NCBI GenBank assembly: GCA_964420045.1
Contig: CAYQPQ010000002.1
Location: forward strand, 2,979 to 66,978
Origin: an uncultured Bdellovibrionales bacterium
Lineage (GTDB): Bacteria > Patescibacteriota > Minisyncoccia > Moranbacterales > UBA1568
Direction: 5' to 3'
DNA length: 64,000 bases
The position numbers and the translations under genes were made by a program. Shown piece after piece: positions 47,140-57,415 of the stretch; within the stretch, counting starts at the first letter, position 1; the number at the start of each line of letters is the position of its first letter. The notes under the pieces were generated by a model. That model did not search any database. It had not been told where the DNA came from and saw only the letters and a list, made by a program, of their open reading frames with translations.

Positions 47140-48408
47140 TCAGTGAACCCTCCGCCGAAACAAATCTCGAAACACCGGATAAATATCCGCCGGACCATCA
47201 ATCTGCCGCATCGCGAAATGCGGACACCGTTCTTTCACTTCCTCATACGACTCCCATAAACTCTGATGCCGATCCGGCGTAATTTCAATATACGCATAAT
47301 AGCGAACGAATGGCACGATTTCCTTGAGAAGAATATCTTTGCAACGAGGCGAGTCATGCGCCCAATTGTCGCCGTCCGAAGCCTGAGCCACATAGATATT
47401 ACAACTACTCGTCGGATAGCGATTCCTCATGATTTCACGCATCAACTCGAGCGCACTTGATACGACCGTACCTCCCGTTTCCTTTTTGCAGAAGAACTCG
47501 TGTTCAGTAGCTTCCTCCGCAACGGTATGATGTCGAATAAACACTATGTCTATCTTCTCATAGTTGCGCTTCAGAAAGAGGTGAAGCAACATAAAAAATC
47601 GCTTTGCCAAATCCTTTCGCGCTCGATCCATCGACCCCGACACATCCATAATACAAAACATCACCGCCTGTGTCGTCGGCTGGGGTTGCTGAGTCCTGTT
47701 TGTATAGCGCAAATCGAATGTATCGATGAACGGTACTGATCGAAGACAGGCACGTTCCCGAGAAAGCTCCTCAAGAAGAGCGCGCACAACAGGCGACTCT
47801 GATACGCCACTTTCACGGAAACATTCCAAAACTTCCTCGATTTCCGCAATACGGCGCTTATGCTGGCTCCCAAATGCTATGCGTCGCGCCATCGCGCCCC
47901 GGAGAGACCGGACAATATCAATGTTCGACGGATTTCCCGCACTGCTAAACCCGGCACGAACAGACTTGAATTCGGTCAACGTGGCAAGTTGTGTCCGGAC
48001 CAGGTTGGGTAATTCCAAATCCTCAAAGAACAATTCCAAAAATTCCGCGCGCGACAATTCGAAGACAAAGTCATCTGTGCCCTCTCCGCCATTGCCTGCC
48101 TGCCCACTGCCGGAACCACTCCCATTTCCGCCCTTCGGACGTGAAACTTTGTCTCCCGGAACAAACTCTTGGTTGCCCGGATGAATCACTTCGCGTTTTC
48201 CACCATCGCCGTGCCTGAATTGCGGTTCGGACAAATCGCGGTTCGGAATATTCACCTGCTCGCCATTGTCGATATCAGTAATACTCCGACCATTCATAGC
48301 CTCGGTCACCGCCTTCTTGATCTGAACCTTGAACCGCCGAATGAATCGCTGCCGATTCACTGTGCTCTTGTGCTTCCCATCCAACCGCCGATCAATAAGC
48401 TGCGCCAT
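47140..48408 (-). CDS. yeaH: YeaH/YhbH family protein (DUF444; a vWA-like stress-response protein usually partnered with PrkA/YeaG kinase)
   Basis: MAQLIDRRLDGKHKSTVNRQRF...HPGNQEF...GSGSGSGQAG...VPFIDTFDLRY...MFCIMDVSGSMD...YVAQASDGDNW...VVRYYAYIEI aligns along its full length with E. coli YeaH. Confidence 0.85.
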   Translation of the reverse strand: MAQLIDRRLDGKHKSTVNRQRFIRRFKVQIKKAVTEAMNGRSITDIDNGEQVNIPNRDLSEPQFRHGDGGKREVIHPGNQEFVPGDKVSRPKGGNGSGSGSGQAGNGGEGTDDFVFELSRAEFLELFFEDLELPNLVRTQLATLTEFKSVRAGFSSAGNPSNIDIVRSLRGAMARRIAFGSQHKRRIAEIEEVLECFRESGVSESPVVRALLEELSRERACLRSVPFIDTFDLRYTNRTQQPQPTTQAVMFCIMDVSGSMDRARKDLAKRFFMLLHLFLKRNYEKIDIVFIRHHTVAEEATEHEFFCKKETGGTVVSSALELMREIMRNRYPTSSCNIYVAQASDGDNWAHDSPRCKDILLKEIVPFVRYYAYIEITPDRHQSLWESYEEVKERCPHFAMRQIDGPADIYPVFRDLFRRRVH

Positions 48409-48719
48409 CACGCACCTCCGCACCTCAACAAATTGTTAAAAAACACCCCGCCGCCTTTTGTGCGACCGGGTTCTCTTTTTCATTCCCTTCTTTCGTGCTC
48501 ACATTCCTTTTTCTGCAAAGAGAGATCACCCGGTCACACCAAACGGTCACGCTTCGGAAGAAGCGCCCCAACAAAACACGCCGGAATCATACATCTCTCG
48601 GATTGCATATTTCCCTTATACCACGCCCCTCAAGGAAACGCAAGGGTTGCCGCACTCGCCCGCGGCAACCCGGAACCACACGAGAGATCATCTCAAAGGT
48701 CACGTCCGCAAAAACGCTT

Positions 48720-50000
48720 TTATCGGCGTCTTCGGCCGGTAGAGGCAAATGATCGAGGTGAAGGACCTCGCGACTCCACTTCGAAGCGTTCGACAAAAGT
48801 AAAGGCATAGCCGATCTTGGTGCCGCGACCCGTACGGCCGATGCGATGGATATAATCCTCGTAGGTCATCGGAAGATCATAGTTGATCACATGCGTGATC
48901 CCGTCGATATCGAGCCCACGCGCCGCAACATCCGTCGCTACCAAAACGCGCAATTGATCCTCACGAAACCGCGCAAGCGACCGCTCACGCTGCCCTTGAG
49001 ACAAGTCGCCATGAATAGCGCCCGCTTTGAATCCGCGTTCGAAGAGCACTTTGGCAAGTTTCTCCGCGCCATGTTTCGTCTTGCTAAAGACGAGCACTTT
49101 CCGGAAAGTCTCCTGCAACAGCATCTCATGAAGACGTTCAATCTTTTCCTCGCGCCCGTTCACCTGCACGACATCCTGATGTACATTCTCCGACGTCGCA
49201 CGCGATTTGACGAAAACCGTCACAGGATTGGTGAGGAATGACTTGGCAATCTCGCGCACGCCCGCTTCCATCGTTGCCGAGAAGAAGAGTGACTGCCGCT
49301 CTTTCTTGGCAAGCGACAGAATATGCTTGATGTCTCGCACAAATCCCATGTCGAGCATACGATCGACTTCATCGAGCACGACATTATTGAATCCGGAGAT
49401 ATCCATGAGCCGACGCTCAATCAAGTCTTTGATGCGCCCCGGCGTCCCAATGATAAAGTTCGGACGCAATCGAAGGTCTCGCACTTGGGAGTGCATATGC
49501 GCCCCGCCAATCACAACAGCCGACCGAAGTCCCGATCCCTTGGAAAAGGCAGCAAACTCCGCTTGAATCTGCAGAGCGAGCTCTCGTGTCGGCACCAAGA
49601 TAAGAACGAATTCGCTCTTTGGCGCGTGAAATATTTTGTGAATAAGTGGGATAAGAAATGCCGCCGTTTTCCCTGTTCCGGTATTCGCGATACCGATCAC
49701 ATCGCGTCCCGAGAGAACAAGCGGGATTGCCGCATCCTGAATCGGCGTCGGATTTTCAAAATTCCGATCGGCGATGATTTTCTTCAATTTTTCGTGTATG
49801 GGAAAATCAGAAAACCGGTGTTCCGGCTGAAATACTTCCGTTTCCGTCGATACGACGGCTTTTTTTACAAACTGTGAAATATCAAAATTCTTTTCCAGCG
49901 ACGACTTCCCTCGGCCACGACCACCCTTACCGGTCATTCCTTTGGGCGCGCTCCACTTTGATCGCGAATTGTGCGACCGAAAACTTCTCTCCTGAAACAT
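48720..50000 (-). CDS. DEAD-box ATP-dependent RNA helicase with an RG-rich N-terminal extension
   Basis: The Q-motif is FENPTPIQ and motif I is ANTGTGKTAAF. The DEVD Walker B variant, SAT and the HRIGRTGR motif VI follow. Confidence 0.88.
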   Translation of the reverse strand: MFQERSFRSHNSRSKWSAPKGMTGKGGRGRGKSSLEKNFDISQFVKKAVVSTETEVFQPEHRFSDFPIHEKLKKIIADRNFENPTPIQDAAIPLVLSGRDVIGIANTGTGKTAAFLIPLIHKIFHAPKSEFVLILVPTRELALQIQAEFAAFSKGSGLRSAVVIGGAHMHSQVRDLRLRPNFIIGTPGRIKDLIERRLMDISGFNNVVLDEVDRMLDMGFVRDIKHILSLAKKERQSLFFSATMEAGVREIAKSFLTNPVTVFVKSRATSENVHQDVVQVNGREEKIERLHEMLLQETFRKVLVFSKTKHGAEKLAKVLFERGFKAGAIHGDLSQGQRERSLARFREDQLRVLVATDVAARGLDIDGITHVINYDLPMTYEDYIHRIGRTGRGTKIGYAFTFVERFEVESRGPSPRSFASTGRRRR

Positions 50001-50437
50001 AGGCGTACTCTGCTAAGAAAAAATTATGTCCCGTTTTGCGCACGCCTCGCTCCGAAAAACGAAGCGTGCCAAACAAAAACGGAATCCTCCGAAAAGGATC
50101 CCTCGAACATACGAACAGAGAGCGCCGTTTCAGATGATATGTTGTAGCCTCGCGATAGTGTTCCCCTCTTGCAAGGCGTCGTCAATAGTGTGACGCCATT
50201 CGTCTTTCAGTGGAAAACGAATCAATCGCTTCCAAGACACAAGCACAGAGATGAATGAACATGCGAGGAAACTCCTTCGACTCTTCCGAGAAAAAAGCTT
50301 CTTCCTGCCCGATCATACTGATATTCCCAACCTCCTCGCATCCCAAAAAATATTGCTGGGGGATCGAAAGGAAAGAAGCACCAAGAAAACCGAACAGACA
50401 CTACAATTCTCAATAGTAGCAGAGAATATCCCCCCTG

Positions 50438-51454
50438 TCAAGACCGATCAGGCGAATTGTCCGAATATGGCTCATCATAAGCCTGTTCTCCCGAAAAACT
50501 TCGCGCGATGCCGGAGAGCGTTTCGCGCATCAGAAGAAGACTCGCGTCGTCGAGCACCGAGAAAGCAAACGTGTTCGGATTCTTCCGAGAAAGCGCTTTC
50601 ACGAGTTTTTGCACCGCTTCCGGCGTCTGCTCATCGGCACGCGACACAACAATCCATTCCGGCTTCTCAAGCAACTTCGGATTGTACCGCTTGAGCTCCC
50701 TGCGAATATTCATATAGTCCGTAACCGGCGTTTTGCTATCCGCCGCAACCAGATGAAAAAGCACGCGCGTCCGCTCTATGTGCTGCAAAAACTTATGACC
50801 CAAACCCTTCCCTTTCGAAGCACCCTCAATGAGTCCCGGAATATCCGCAATGATCGTATCGAAGTACACGCCAAGATTTGGCTCGAGTGTGGTGAAGCGA
50901 TAGTTCCCCACCTTGCTCGACGCATCGGTAAGCGCATTAAGCAGACTCGACTTCCCCACATTCGGATACCCGATAAGCCCGATATCGGCTATCATCTTGA
51001 GCTCCAAACGAAGCGTTATCGACTCCCCGGGAAGCCCCGGATTCGCCCGATTCGGTGTCGTATTCCGGCTCGACCGAAAGTGAAAGTTCCCGAATCCGCC
51101 GTTTCCGCCGCGCGCCACCAATACCTTCTGCCCGGGAAACACAATGTCATAGTCTTTGCCCTGTGCCACATCATGCGCCACCGTCCCCACCGGCACGCGT
51201 ACGATTTTGTCGGCGCCGTCGGCCCCGGTCCGCATGTTTTGCTCGCCATTTCCGCCATTCCCCGCGCGCACGCTTTTGACCGATCGAAACGGGCGAAGCG
51301 CACCCAAATCCGGCACGCCAAAAAGCACGACGTTCCCGCCACGTCCACCATTTCCACCGGTCGGCCCCTCGTTCATCATGGTCCGCGTAAACCGCACCAC
51401 CCCATCCCCACCCTTCCCCGCCGACACCTCAAGAGTAACATCATCGATAAGCAT
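50438..51454 (-). CDS. obg: GTPase Obg/CgtA
   Basis: The Obg-fold glycine-rich N-domain is MLIDDVTLEVSAGKGGDGVVRF...GGNGGRGGNV, followed by the G-domain DIGLIGYPNVGKSSLL. Confidence 0.9.
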   Translation of the reverse strand: MLIDDVTLEVSAGKGGDGVVRFTRTMMNEGPTGGNGGRGGNVVLFGVPDLGALRPFRSVKSVRAGNGGNGEQNMRTGADGADKIVRVPVGTVAHDVAQGKDYDIVFPGQKVLVARGGNGGFGNFHFRSSRNTTPNRANPGLPGESITLRLELKMIADIGLIGYPNVGKSSLLNALTDASSKVGNYRFTTLEPNLGVYFDTIIADIPGLIEGASKGKGLGHKFLQHIERTRVLFHLVAADSKTPVTDYMNIRRELKRYNPKLLEKPEWIVVSRADEQTPEAVQKLVKALSRKNPNTFAFSVLDDASLLLMRETLSGIARSFSGEQAYDEPYSDNSPDRS

Positions 51455-51600
51455 AGGTTGGAAGAGTATCACAGAATACGTTGAATAGCAAGAATATCTT
51501 CTTGACAACAGAAATTTGAATCATCAACTAAAGCACGGTCCATTGACAAAAAATTAATAATACGATACAAAGTATTTGCTATCAACCACCGGAGAAATCC

Positions 51601-51999
51601 ATGAAAGCAAGTGCAGTCCTTTTCAACATCGCCATCCTTACTACCACCCTCTGCTTCAGCAGCATAGCTCAGGCAGAAACGCCAAGTTGGTGCTCAATAG
51701 CCAAGAGCACCTTAAGTGAGGTGTACAGGAAGTACAACATAGTCGACCCCACACACGCAGGATACGCCGTCAGAGATTTCGAAGCAGCGCTTCCCTCATT
51801 GCCAAGAGAAATCGGGAAATCCATCATTGATGGCATTGTCCAAGGTAATGGCGGGGAACGCTACGAGGCAATCCCTAACCAAAACCGTGCGGAGGGATAC
51901 TTGAGAGCGTTCGAGCGAATTATCGAAAATAACTGCGAAGAGAAGAAAGACCCAACAGAGAAACTCTTGGCACCACCAACAAACCTAAGGGTGATGTAA
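51601..51999 (+). CDS. Small secreted hypothetical protein
   Basis: The signal peptide MKASAVLFNIAILTTTLCFSSIAQA is cleavable in appearance, and a rho-independent terminator follows the ORF. Confidence 0.45.
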   Translation: MKASAVLFNIAILTTTLCFSSIAQAETPSWCSIAKSTLSEVYRKYNIVDPTHAGYAVRDFEAALPSLPREIGKSIIDGIVQGNGGERYEAIPNQNRAEGYLRAFERIIENNCEEKKDPTEKLLAPPTNLRVM

Positions 52000-52022
52000 T
52001 CAGAAACAATCAACCCTCCAAA

Positions 52023-52052
52023 ACGACGAGACAGGAAGTCCGTCGTTTTTTA
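52023..52052 (+). terminator. Rho-independent terminator after the 51601-51999 ORF
   Basis: acgacg-agacaggaagtc-cgtcgt forms a hairpin followed by tttttt. Confidence 0.7.
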
Positions 52053-52143
52053 TTCCCCCCACAGAAGCAAAATCAAAAAATTTCAAATGAAGAAAGGCTC
52101 TCCGATTTCGGACAGCCTTTACCTTTACAAATTCAATCTCTCC

Positions 52144-52818
52144 TTATTCAACGTTTTGATTCAACCATCCTATCTGAGCACATACTTCCTTAAGAAGACT
52201 CTCGCGACGACACCGAGCAGCAAGAACGTCAGCCTGTACTCGAAAATCCGACTCATCCGCTAAGGCAGCTACTCTCTCCGCTTCCTCAAGAAATCCACGA
52301 TATGTTCCGAAAATATTACAGTGATGGCAGGGACCCTTGTGATCCAGAGCATTCGACTCGCAGTAGCACCCCCCTTTCACTGACTGACGAGCCATGTTCA
52401 CAAGTGGTGGCAGTTTCTCGAGCAACAACGAGATCTCTTGTCGGGTAACAACATTCGTTGAAACCCAAAACCCCTGTCTCAAATCGAAGGGGGTGATAAA
52501 GCATTCCACGAATATCCCGGGATATATCGTAAGCGCCGCATATCCAAGCCCGGCCGCAAGTTTCGCGCGAACGGCATTGCTTCTCCCTGAACCCACAAAC
52601 AGTCCATGAACCTCAATAATCAGCTCTCGGACCTCGCTTTGATACTCTCCATCCTTCGGGCAGAATACGCTCACGCATTGCTCGGAGGATATCCCCAGCT
52701 CTTCAACGCTGAGAACAGCCTTGCGTAATGCAGCCTTCAATTCTGAAACCCGGGAAAGAGAATATTCCATTCCCCTAAAAGCAGCTCCATACACCACGAT
52801 TACCGGCATGACAGACAC
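52144..52818 (-). CDS. Hypothetical protein with a C-terminal Cys/His cluster CYCES...PCHHC; function unknown
   Basis: The 224-aa ORF lies in a coding context. A Zn-finger-like cluster GGCYCESNALDHKGPCHHC is present, but no family was recognised. Confidence 0.4.
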   Translation of the reverse strand: MSVMPVIVVYGAAFRGMEYSLSRVSELKAALRKAVLSVEELGISSEQCVSVFCPKDGEYQSEVRELIIEVHGLFVGSGRSNAVRAKLAAGLGYAALTIYPGIFVECFITPFDLRQGFWVSTNVVTRQEISLLLEKLPPLVNMARQSVKGGCYCESNALDHKGPCHHCNIFGTYRGFLEEAERVAALADESDFRVQADVLAARCRRESLLKEVCAQIGWLNQNVE

Positions 52819-53028
52819 CTCTCTCGGTTGGTAAGAGTACTACACAAACGACACTTCAGGAACAGAAAAAATGTACCGTAGTTCCGAGTTCCCGTCAACA
52901 TTGAGCAAACAGAAACATCAGGGCGGGTTTACCATAAACAGCAAGGTACTGCTACCGCACCATTTACTTCACCGAATGAAGCGCGATGCGGTTGCCTTCG
53001 GTGTCGAGAACAAGCGCCATAAAAAAGA

Positions 53029-53562
53029 TTAAAGCAGCCACTTCCTTTTCATGGTCCTATAGGACCATGAAAAGATACGTTGCTGTAAGAGGAACTGTTG
53101 CTCAGCTTGCTGTTGAGCTTGCGTCGAATCCGTCGTTTGATTCTGTATAGAGGAGGACATGCGACTTTGGATTATAACTGAGCCTTCAGATACATATCTT
53201 TGTCCATATTCATCAGTGAGATATATTTTTACCGACATCTCGGTACTCGGTTGATTCGGAACCGGCACCATAAAAGATAAGTCAGGACTACAACCCAACA
53301 GTCGCGGCTTTTTATAGATCTCACCAGATCCCCCTATCTCCCACTTATGAAGATAAAGATTAATCCTGCCAACATTTTTAATCTGTAGCTTTGGTTCATT
53401 TTCAGCAAAAAATCCAAGAATCGAAACTGCAACGAAGTCCTGAATGTCCTTTAGACGCCTGTTTATTTCATGCTGTTTCCATCCAAACCACCCAGCACCG
53501 AAAGCAGCGCCAATCGTTCCAAGAGATCCTAGTGCATTCCAGAAAAGATTCCAATCATCCAT
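53029..53562 (-). CDS. Small membrane-anchored hypothetical protein
   Basis: The N-terminal transmembrane helix is LGSLGTIGAAFGAGWFGW and the 3' end overlaps a perfect palindrome. No family was recognised. Confidence 0.4.
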   Translation of the reverse strand: MDDWNLFWNALGSLGTIGAAFGAGWFGWKQHEINRRLKDIQDFVAVSILGFFAENEPKLQIKNVGRINLYLHKWEIGGSGEIYKKPRLLGCSPDLSFMVPVPNQPSTEMSVKIYLTDEYGQRYVSEGSVIIQSRMSSSIQNQTTDSTQAQQQAEQQFLLQQRIFSWSYRTMKRKWLL

Positions 53563-53579
53563 AACAATATTTCACAAAA

Positions 53580-54671
53580 TCACCTCCACCCCTGCCCGAC
53601 AATGCGCCAGACAATTTGCTCTTGTTGGACATTCACGACGCCGCCGGGGGTTTGTTGGGGGACGAGCTGTTGAAGTTTTTTGAATTCCATCGAGAGACCG
53701 AATGCGGCGCTCTTTTCGGTCGACTCAACGAATGCTATTTTGTAGTCTTTGCGATTCTCGCTCCGCCCGTCTATTTCCGTTTCCGGATTCCACGAATCCG
53801 TAAGATGCATATCGGCAGTATAGGATTCATAGAGCTGGGACAATATGTCGGCAAGCTTCGGATCGGCATCGACGATCGTCGAAACACCGAGCTCCTCGCG
53901 CGCTTCCTTTCTCCCGATATAGTACTGGTGCGAATAGAGTTTCTCGGTAAAGTGCTCGATGATATTCGCAACACCCTCTTTGGTCATCGGATGCGTATGA
54001 CTCTTTAGCAGCCGCCCCGCCAAAACCTTAATGAGATTGTGCGTCCGGTTCACATTGCCCAAAGCCAAGGGATGAATGGAGGGCGTTGCCTCCATGAATT
54101 TCATAAAAATATCGGCGAGCTTCTCGTCACTCTTCACGCCGAATTTGTTCTTCGCAAGATCGAAGTAACTCATCACCTCCTCGACCGAAATCTGAATGCG
54201 TCCGTCCGGATTCTTGGGATCGGCGGGATTGAAAAAGTTCGACGTCGACGGATCAATCGGCGAGAGCTCGCTCATGTCGCTCATCACGATTTCGTCGGCG
54301 CCGAGCGCGATCATCGTCGCCGCAGAGTGCGCCTTATACGGCACCAAAACGGAGAACTTTTCACAATACTCGCGTATCATCGAGACCAGTCGCCACGGCA
54401 CCATCGTGTCGCCGCCTGCACTGTAGAGGACGAGATCAATATGCTTCACCTTCCCTATCGCCCGCAATTGCCGGCTTATGATCGGGATGATATCCATCGC
54501 CACCCGCGCATTGACCGGCCCCTGCCGATCACTCGTCACATACGCCACCACCCGCGACCCGCGCGCGGACTCTATCGCCTCAAAAAGCTTTGAACGTTCC
54601 ATAAGAAGAAATTTACAACAGAAAACTGTCCCGGAAGTATATCGCGAGAACATCGCCAAGACAAGACTCAA
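53580..54671 (-). CDS. SDH-family (S49/ClpP-fold) serine protease
   Basis: IDLVLYSAGGDTMVPWRLVSMIREYCEKFSVLVPYKAHSAATMIALGADEIVMSDMSELSPIDP matches the SDH/SppA Clp-fold pattern, with a GG oxyanion region and a catalytic Ser within HSAAT. Confidence 0.65.
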   Translation of the reverse strand: MSLVLAMFSRYTSGTVFCCKFLLMERSKLFEAIESARGSRVVAYVTSDRQGPVNARVAMDIIPIISRQLRAIGKVKHIDLVLYSAGGDTMVPWRLVSMIREYCEKFSVLVPYKAHSAATMIALGADEIVMSDMSELSPIDPSTSNFFNPADPKNPDGRIQISVEEVMSYFDLAKNKFGVKSDEKLADIFMKFMEATPSIHPLALGNVNRTHNLIKVLAGRLLKSHTHPMTKEGVANIIEHFTEKLYSHQYYIGRKEAREELGVSTIVDADPKLADILSQLYESYTADMHLTDSWNPETEIDGRSENRKDYKIAFVESTEKSAAFGLSMEFKKLQQLVPQQTPGGVVNVQQEQIVWRIVGQGWR

Positions 54672-54731
54672 AAAGCAGGGGCGTCACACACTGTGACACC
54701 CCTGCAGTGGCAGTATATCTCAAGCGAGACC

Positions 54732-55196
54732 CTACCGGCTGGTCATCACGGTCACGCCGCCTTCGGCATTGCAGGCGCGAACGGTCACCATGTTGTTGGT
54801 ATCCTTGACAATGGAATACCCGGTAAGCGCCGCCGTTCCATTTGGATCAACCGGAATGCTCTTCAAGTAGCTGCCGAGCGCTGTCGAGAGATCAATGCAA
54901 TCTGTTGCGCCGGTAACATTGCACCCTCCAGCCCCAGAAATAGCGCATCCGGTTGTTGCCGTGCCGATCTGCTTCTCTGTCGAAGTAATCGCTGCCGGGA
55001 AGGTTCCCTTGGAATCATTCACATACGTATGCACCGCCGAAAGAATATTCTGGATATCCGTCGTCCGACGCGCGTTCCGCGTATCCTGGAAGCGCTTCGC
55101 TGGATCGAGCGCTACAAACACTACCACCGCCAACACCGCGAGAAGTCCGATAACCAAGAGAATTTCCATGAGCGTAAAACCTTTCTGCTGCCTCAT
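54732..55196 (-). CDS. Type IV pilin-like protein (prepilin N-terminal cleavage/methylation domain)
   Basis: KGFTLMEILLVIGLLAVLAVVVFVAL is a class III signal with G|FTLxE, and a C-terminal Cys pair is present. Confidence 0.85.
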   Translation of the reverse strand: MRQQKGFTLMEILLVIGLLAVLAVVVFVALDPAKRFQDTRNARRTTDIQNILSAVHTYVNDSKGTFPAAITSTEKQIGTATTGCAISGAGGCNVTGATDCIDLSTALGSYLKSIPVDPNGTAALTGYSIVKDTNNMVTVRACNAEGGVTVMTSR

Positions 55197-55372
55197 ATGT
55201 TTTTCTTTTATAAATTAGTTATGCAATGCTCCACAATACGAAACAATCCACTGCCTATAGTATACGAGAGAGACGTATCAAAAAATCACTTTATCTCGCC
55301 ATATCGTTTTTGTTTTTAACGGATAGAAATACGAGAAACTTTTCTTCAGTATACCATATCTTCAAAAAATCG

Positions 55373-55858
55373 TCAGCGGGACACAGAAATATTCGTCCCA
55401 CCCTCCGTGCCGCAGGCTTTGACCGTCACAATCCCATTGACATCAATCACTGCGGAATATTTCGTAAGCGTTGTCGTGCCGCCATTCGGATCCTTCGGAA
55501 CGGTTTTGAGATATTTGGCAAGCGTCGATGAGAAGTCAACGCAGTCGGTATTGCCCGTAACCGCACAGCCTCCGGTCGCAAGAGCGCACCCCGGTCCCGT
55601 GCCGAGTTGTTTCTCCGTCGTCGAAAGACCCGTCGGCATCGTCCCCTGATTGTCCACTATATACGTTTGAATCGCCGAGAGAATCGACTGCACATCGGTC
55701 GCACGTTTTGCGTCGCGCACATCGCGGAAGCGCTTCGCTGGATCGAGCGCTACCAAAACGACCGTCGCCAAAACGGCAATCATTCCGATTACGAGAAGGA
55801 TTTCGAGCAACGTAAATCCGCGAATGCGCCCTGCTCGTCGGGCAAGAATACTGTTCAT
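55373..55858 (-). CDS. Type IV pilin-like protein, paralog of the 54732-55196 product
   Basis: RGFTLLEILLVIGMIAVLATVVLVALDPAKRF is nearly identical in architecture to the neighbouring pilin. Confidence 0.85.
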   Translation of the reverse strand: MNSILARRAGRIRGFTLLEILLVIGMIAVLATVVLVALDPAKRFRDVRDAKRATDVQSILSAIQTYIVDNQGTMPTGLSTTEKQLGTGPGCALATGGCAVTGNTDCVDFSSTLAKYLKTVPKDPNGGTTTLTKYSAVIDVNGIVTVKACGTEGGTNISVSR

Positions 55859-55877
55859 ATTTCCATACTATTTAAGT

Positions 55878-57368
55878 TCACAGCGAACGAGCAATGTCTT
55901 TCCCAAGTACCAGAATCACATCGTCATCAGCATCTTCCGGTATGTCTCGACGGCGTTCGAGAGAAAATTCCAGTCCGGCATTCGCCAAGAGCTCGTCAAG
56001 AAACTCGTCCGGAACCGTTTCTTTCGCACGAACAAATGAGACGACAGACGCCGACGCCGCCGTGCGAACTCCGGAGATAGCGAATTTTTCCTCCGCAAGA
56101 TCATCCCCGAGGCGCGATGCTGCCCCGGTGATACCGCTTCCGTTTTCAAGTGCCACTCGAAAACTCTTATGGGTGATTTCTTCCGCATCTTCCGCCGGAA
56201 TACCTGCAGTGGTCGCAGAAGAGTTCTCCTGATCCTCCACACCGGGCAGTGAAACATCTTCAATCAAGGGAGCTGTTGCTTGCGGAACCGGAGCGATATC
56301 GCGCGCATTTGATGAGATCTCCCGTCGACTCCGAAGCAATGCGACAATAGAAACACCTCCCACAAGCAGCAGGGTGACAAAAAGCACCGCCAAAACTTTC
56401 GTACGGTTGGGAATCCCCGGACGGGCACGACTCGCATCGGTCATTCGCTCGGAAGACGTTCGTTCATCGAGCGCATGCGGACGAAAACGCTCGGATGTCT
56501 TCATCTCGGAGTCAGCCGCTTCTTCCGAATCGTTGTGAGTCTTCTTTTCCGCAATACTCAATTCAATAGAGAGAATATCCGAATCATTCCCGGACACGTC
56601 TTTCTTCAGGGCGAGACCGAGAATTGCATTCTTGTCGGAGAATTCCATCGAGAATCCGGCACGCTCTGCCCTTGATATCTCGAAATCTCCCAAGTCGCCT
56701 TCCGTACAGGCACCGACAAAAAGAATGCGCAAAGGTGAAAACCCGAATCGTTCCTTCATAAAATGCCCGACCGTTTCAACCGTTTCAAAGGTCAATTCCC
56801 GAAGCGACGTCGCGCTCGAAAGCACCATGCCATTCATCACTCCCGCTACAAAGAAAAATCCACTCTTATAGACAAGCAGCAGCGGCTCTTCCCGATCCGC
56901 AAACAGTCTCGCAACCGCACATGATTCCGGCAGGGTCACCGAGATACGAAACCCCGCCTCTCGAAGCGCCGGCACCACCACCCGCGCAAACGACGCCACG
57001 AGCGCCACCACCTGTACCGGACGTCCAAGAGACGCTTCCGGCAGAGAAATATCTTGGTAATCCCAGGCGCTCTCGGCAAGATCTTCCGGAATAAACTTTC
57101 CGGCAAGGTCGCGCACCGCAAGACGCTCCTCTTCCGGCGAAGCGTAGGACGCGTCTTTCGGTAGGAAAAAAGTGGCGACATATGAGAATTGTTCACCGAC
57201 AAGAAGCCGCGCCGTGCGACCAACCGCTGCGCGCGCTGTCCCCAGAACAGACCCAATATTCTCGGTTGTCCACGGAAGATTCACCACCTCCGTCACCTTC
57301 TCTCCCCGAACAGAGAAGCCCTGCACGGCACTCGGTGTGATAAAAAGAATTGATTTCGTATCAAACAT
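55878..57368 (-). CDS. Pilus assembly protein, a PilM-like N-domain fused to a PilN-like transmembrane segment and a C-terminal LytR_C-like domain
   Basis: The N-terminal roughly 250 aa have an actin-like, PilM-type layout. The transmembrane helix is VLAVLFVTLLLVGGVSIVALL. The C-terminus FRVALENGSGITGAASRLGDDLAEEKFAISGV resembles LytR_C. The fusion interpretation is tentative. Confidence 0.5.
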   Translation of the reverse strand: MFDTKSILFITPSAVQGFSVRGEKVTEVVNLPWTTENIGSVLGTARAAVGRTARLLVGEQFSYVATFFLPKDASYASPEEERLAVRDLAGKFIPEDLAESAWDYQDISLPEASLGRPVQVVALVASFARVVVPALREAGFRISVTLPESCAVARLFADREEPLLLVYKSGFFFVAGVMNGMVLSSATSLRELTFETVETVGHFMKERFGFSPLRILFVGACTEGDLGDFEISRAERAGFSMEFSDKNAILGLALKKDVSGNDSDILSIELSIAEKKTHNDSEEAADSEMKTSERFRPHALDERTSSERMTDASRARPGIPNRTKVLAVLFVTLLLVGGVSIVALLRSRREISSNARDIAPVPQATAPLIEDVSLPGVEDQENSSATTAGIPAEDAEEITHKSFRVALENGSGITGAASRLGDDLAEEKFAISGVRTAASASVVSFVRAKETVPDEFLDELLANAGLEFSLERRRDIPEDADDDVILVLGKDIARSL

Positions 57369-57415
57369 AGGCTACTTGCAAGTATACACCCTTCGCCGCA
57401 ATCTCCGCGAGACAC

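Noticed and set aside
50609-51484. A 291-aa plus-strand ORF
   Set aside because: It is antisense to obg and Arg/His-rich with no motifs.
52144-52818. Assigning the Cys-cluster protein to the cytidine-deaminase-like fold on the basis of the PCHHC motif
   Set aside because: The required upstream H/C-A-E motif at the correct spacing of about 25-35 residues is absent, so the PCxxC resemblance is insufficient.
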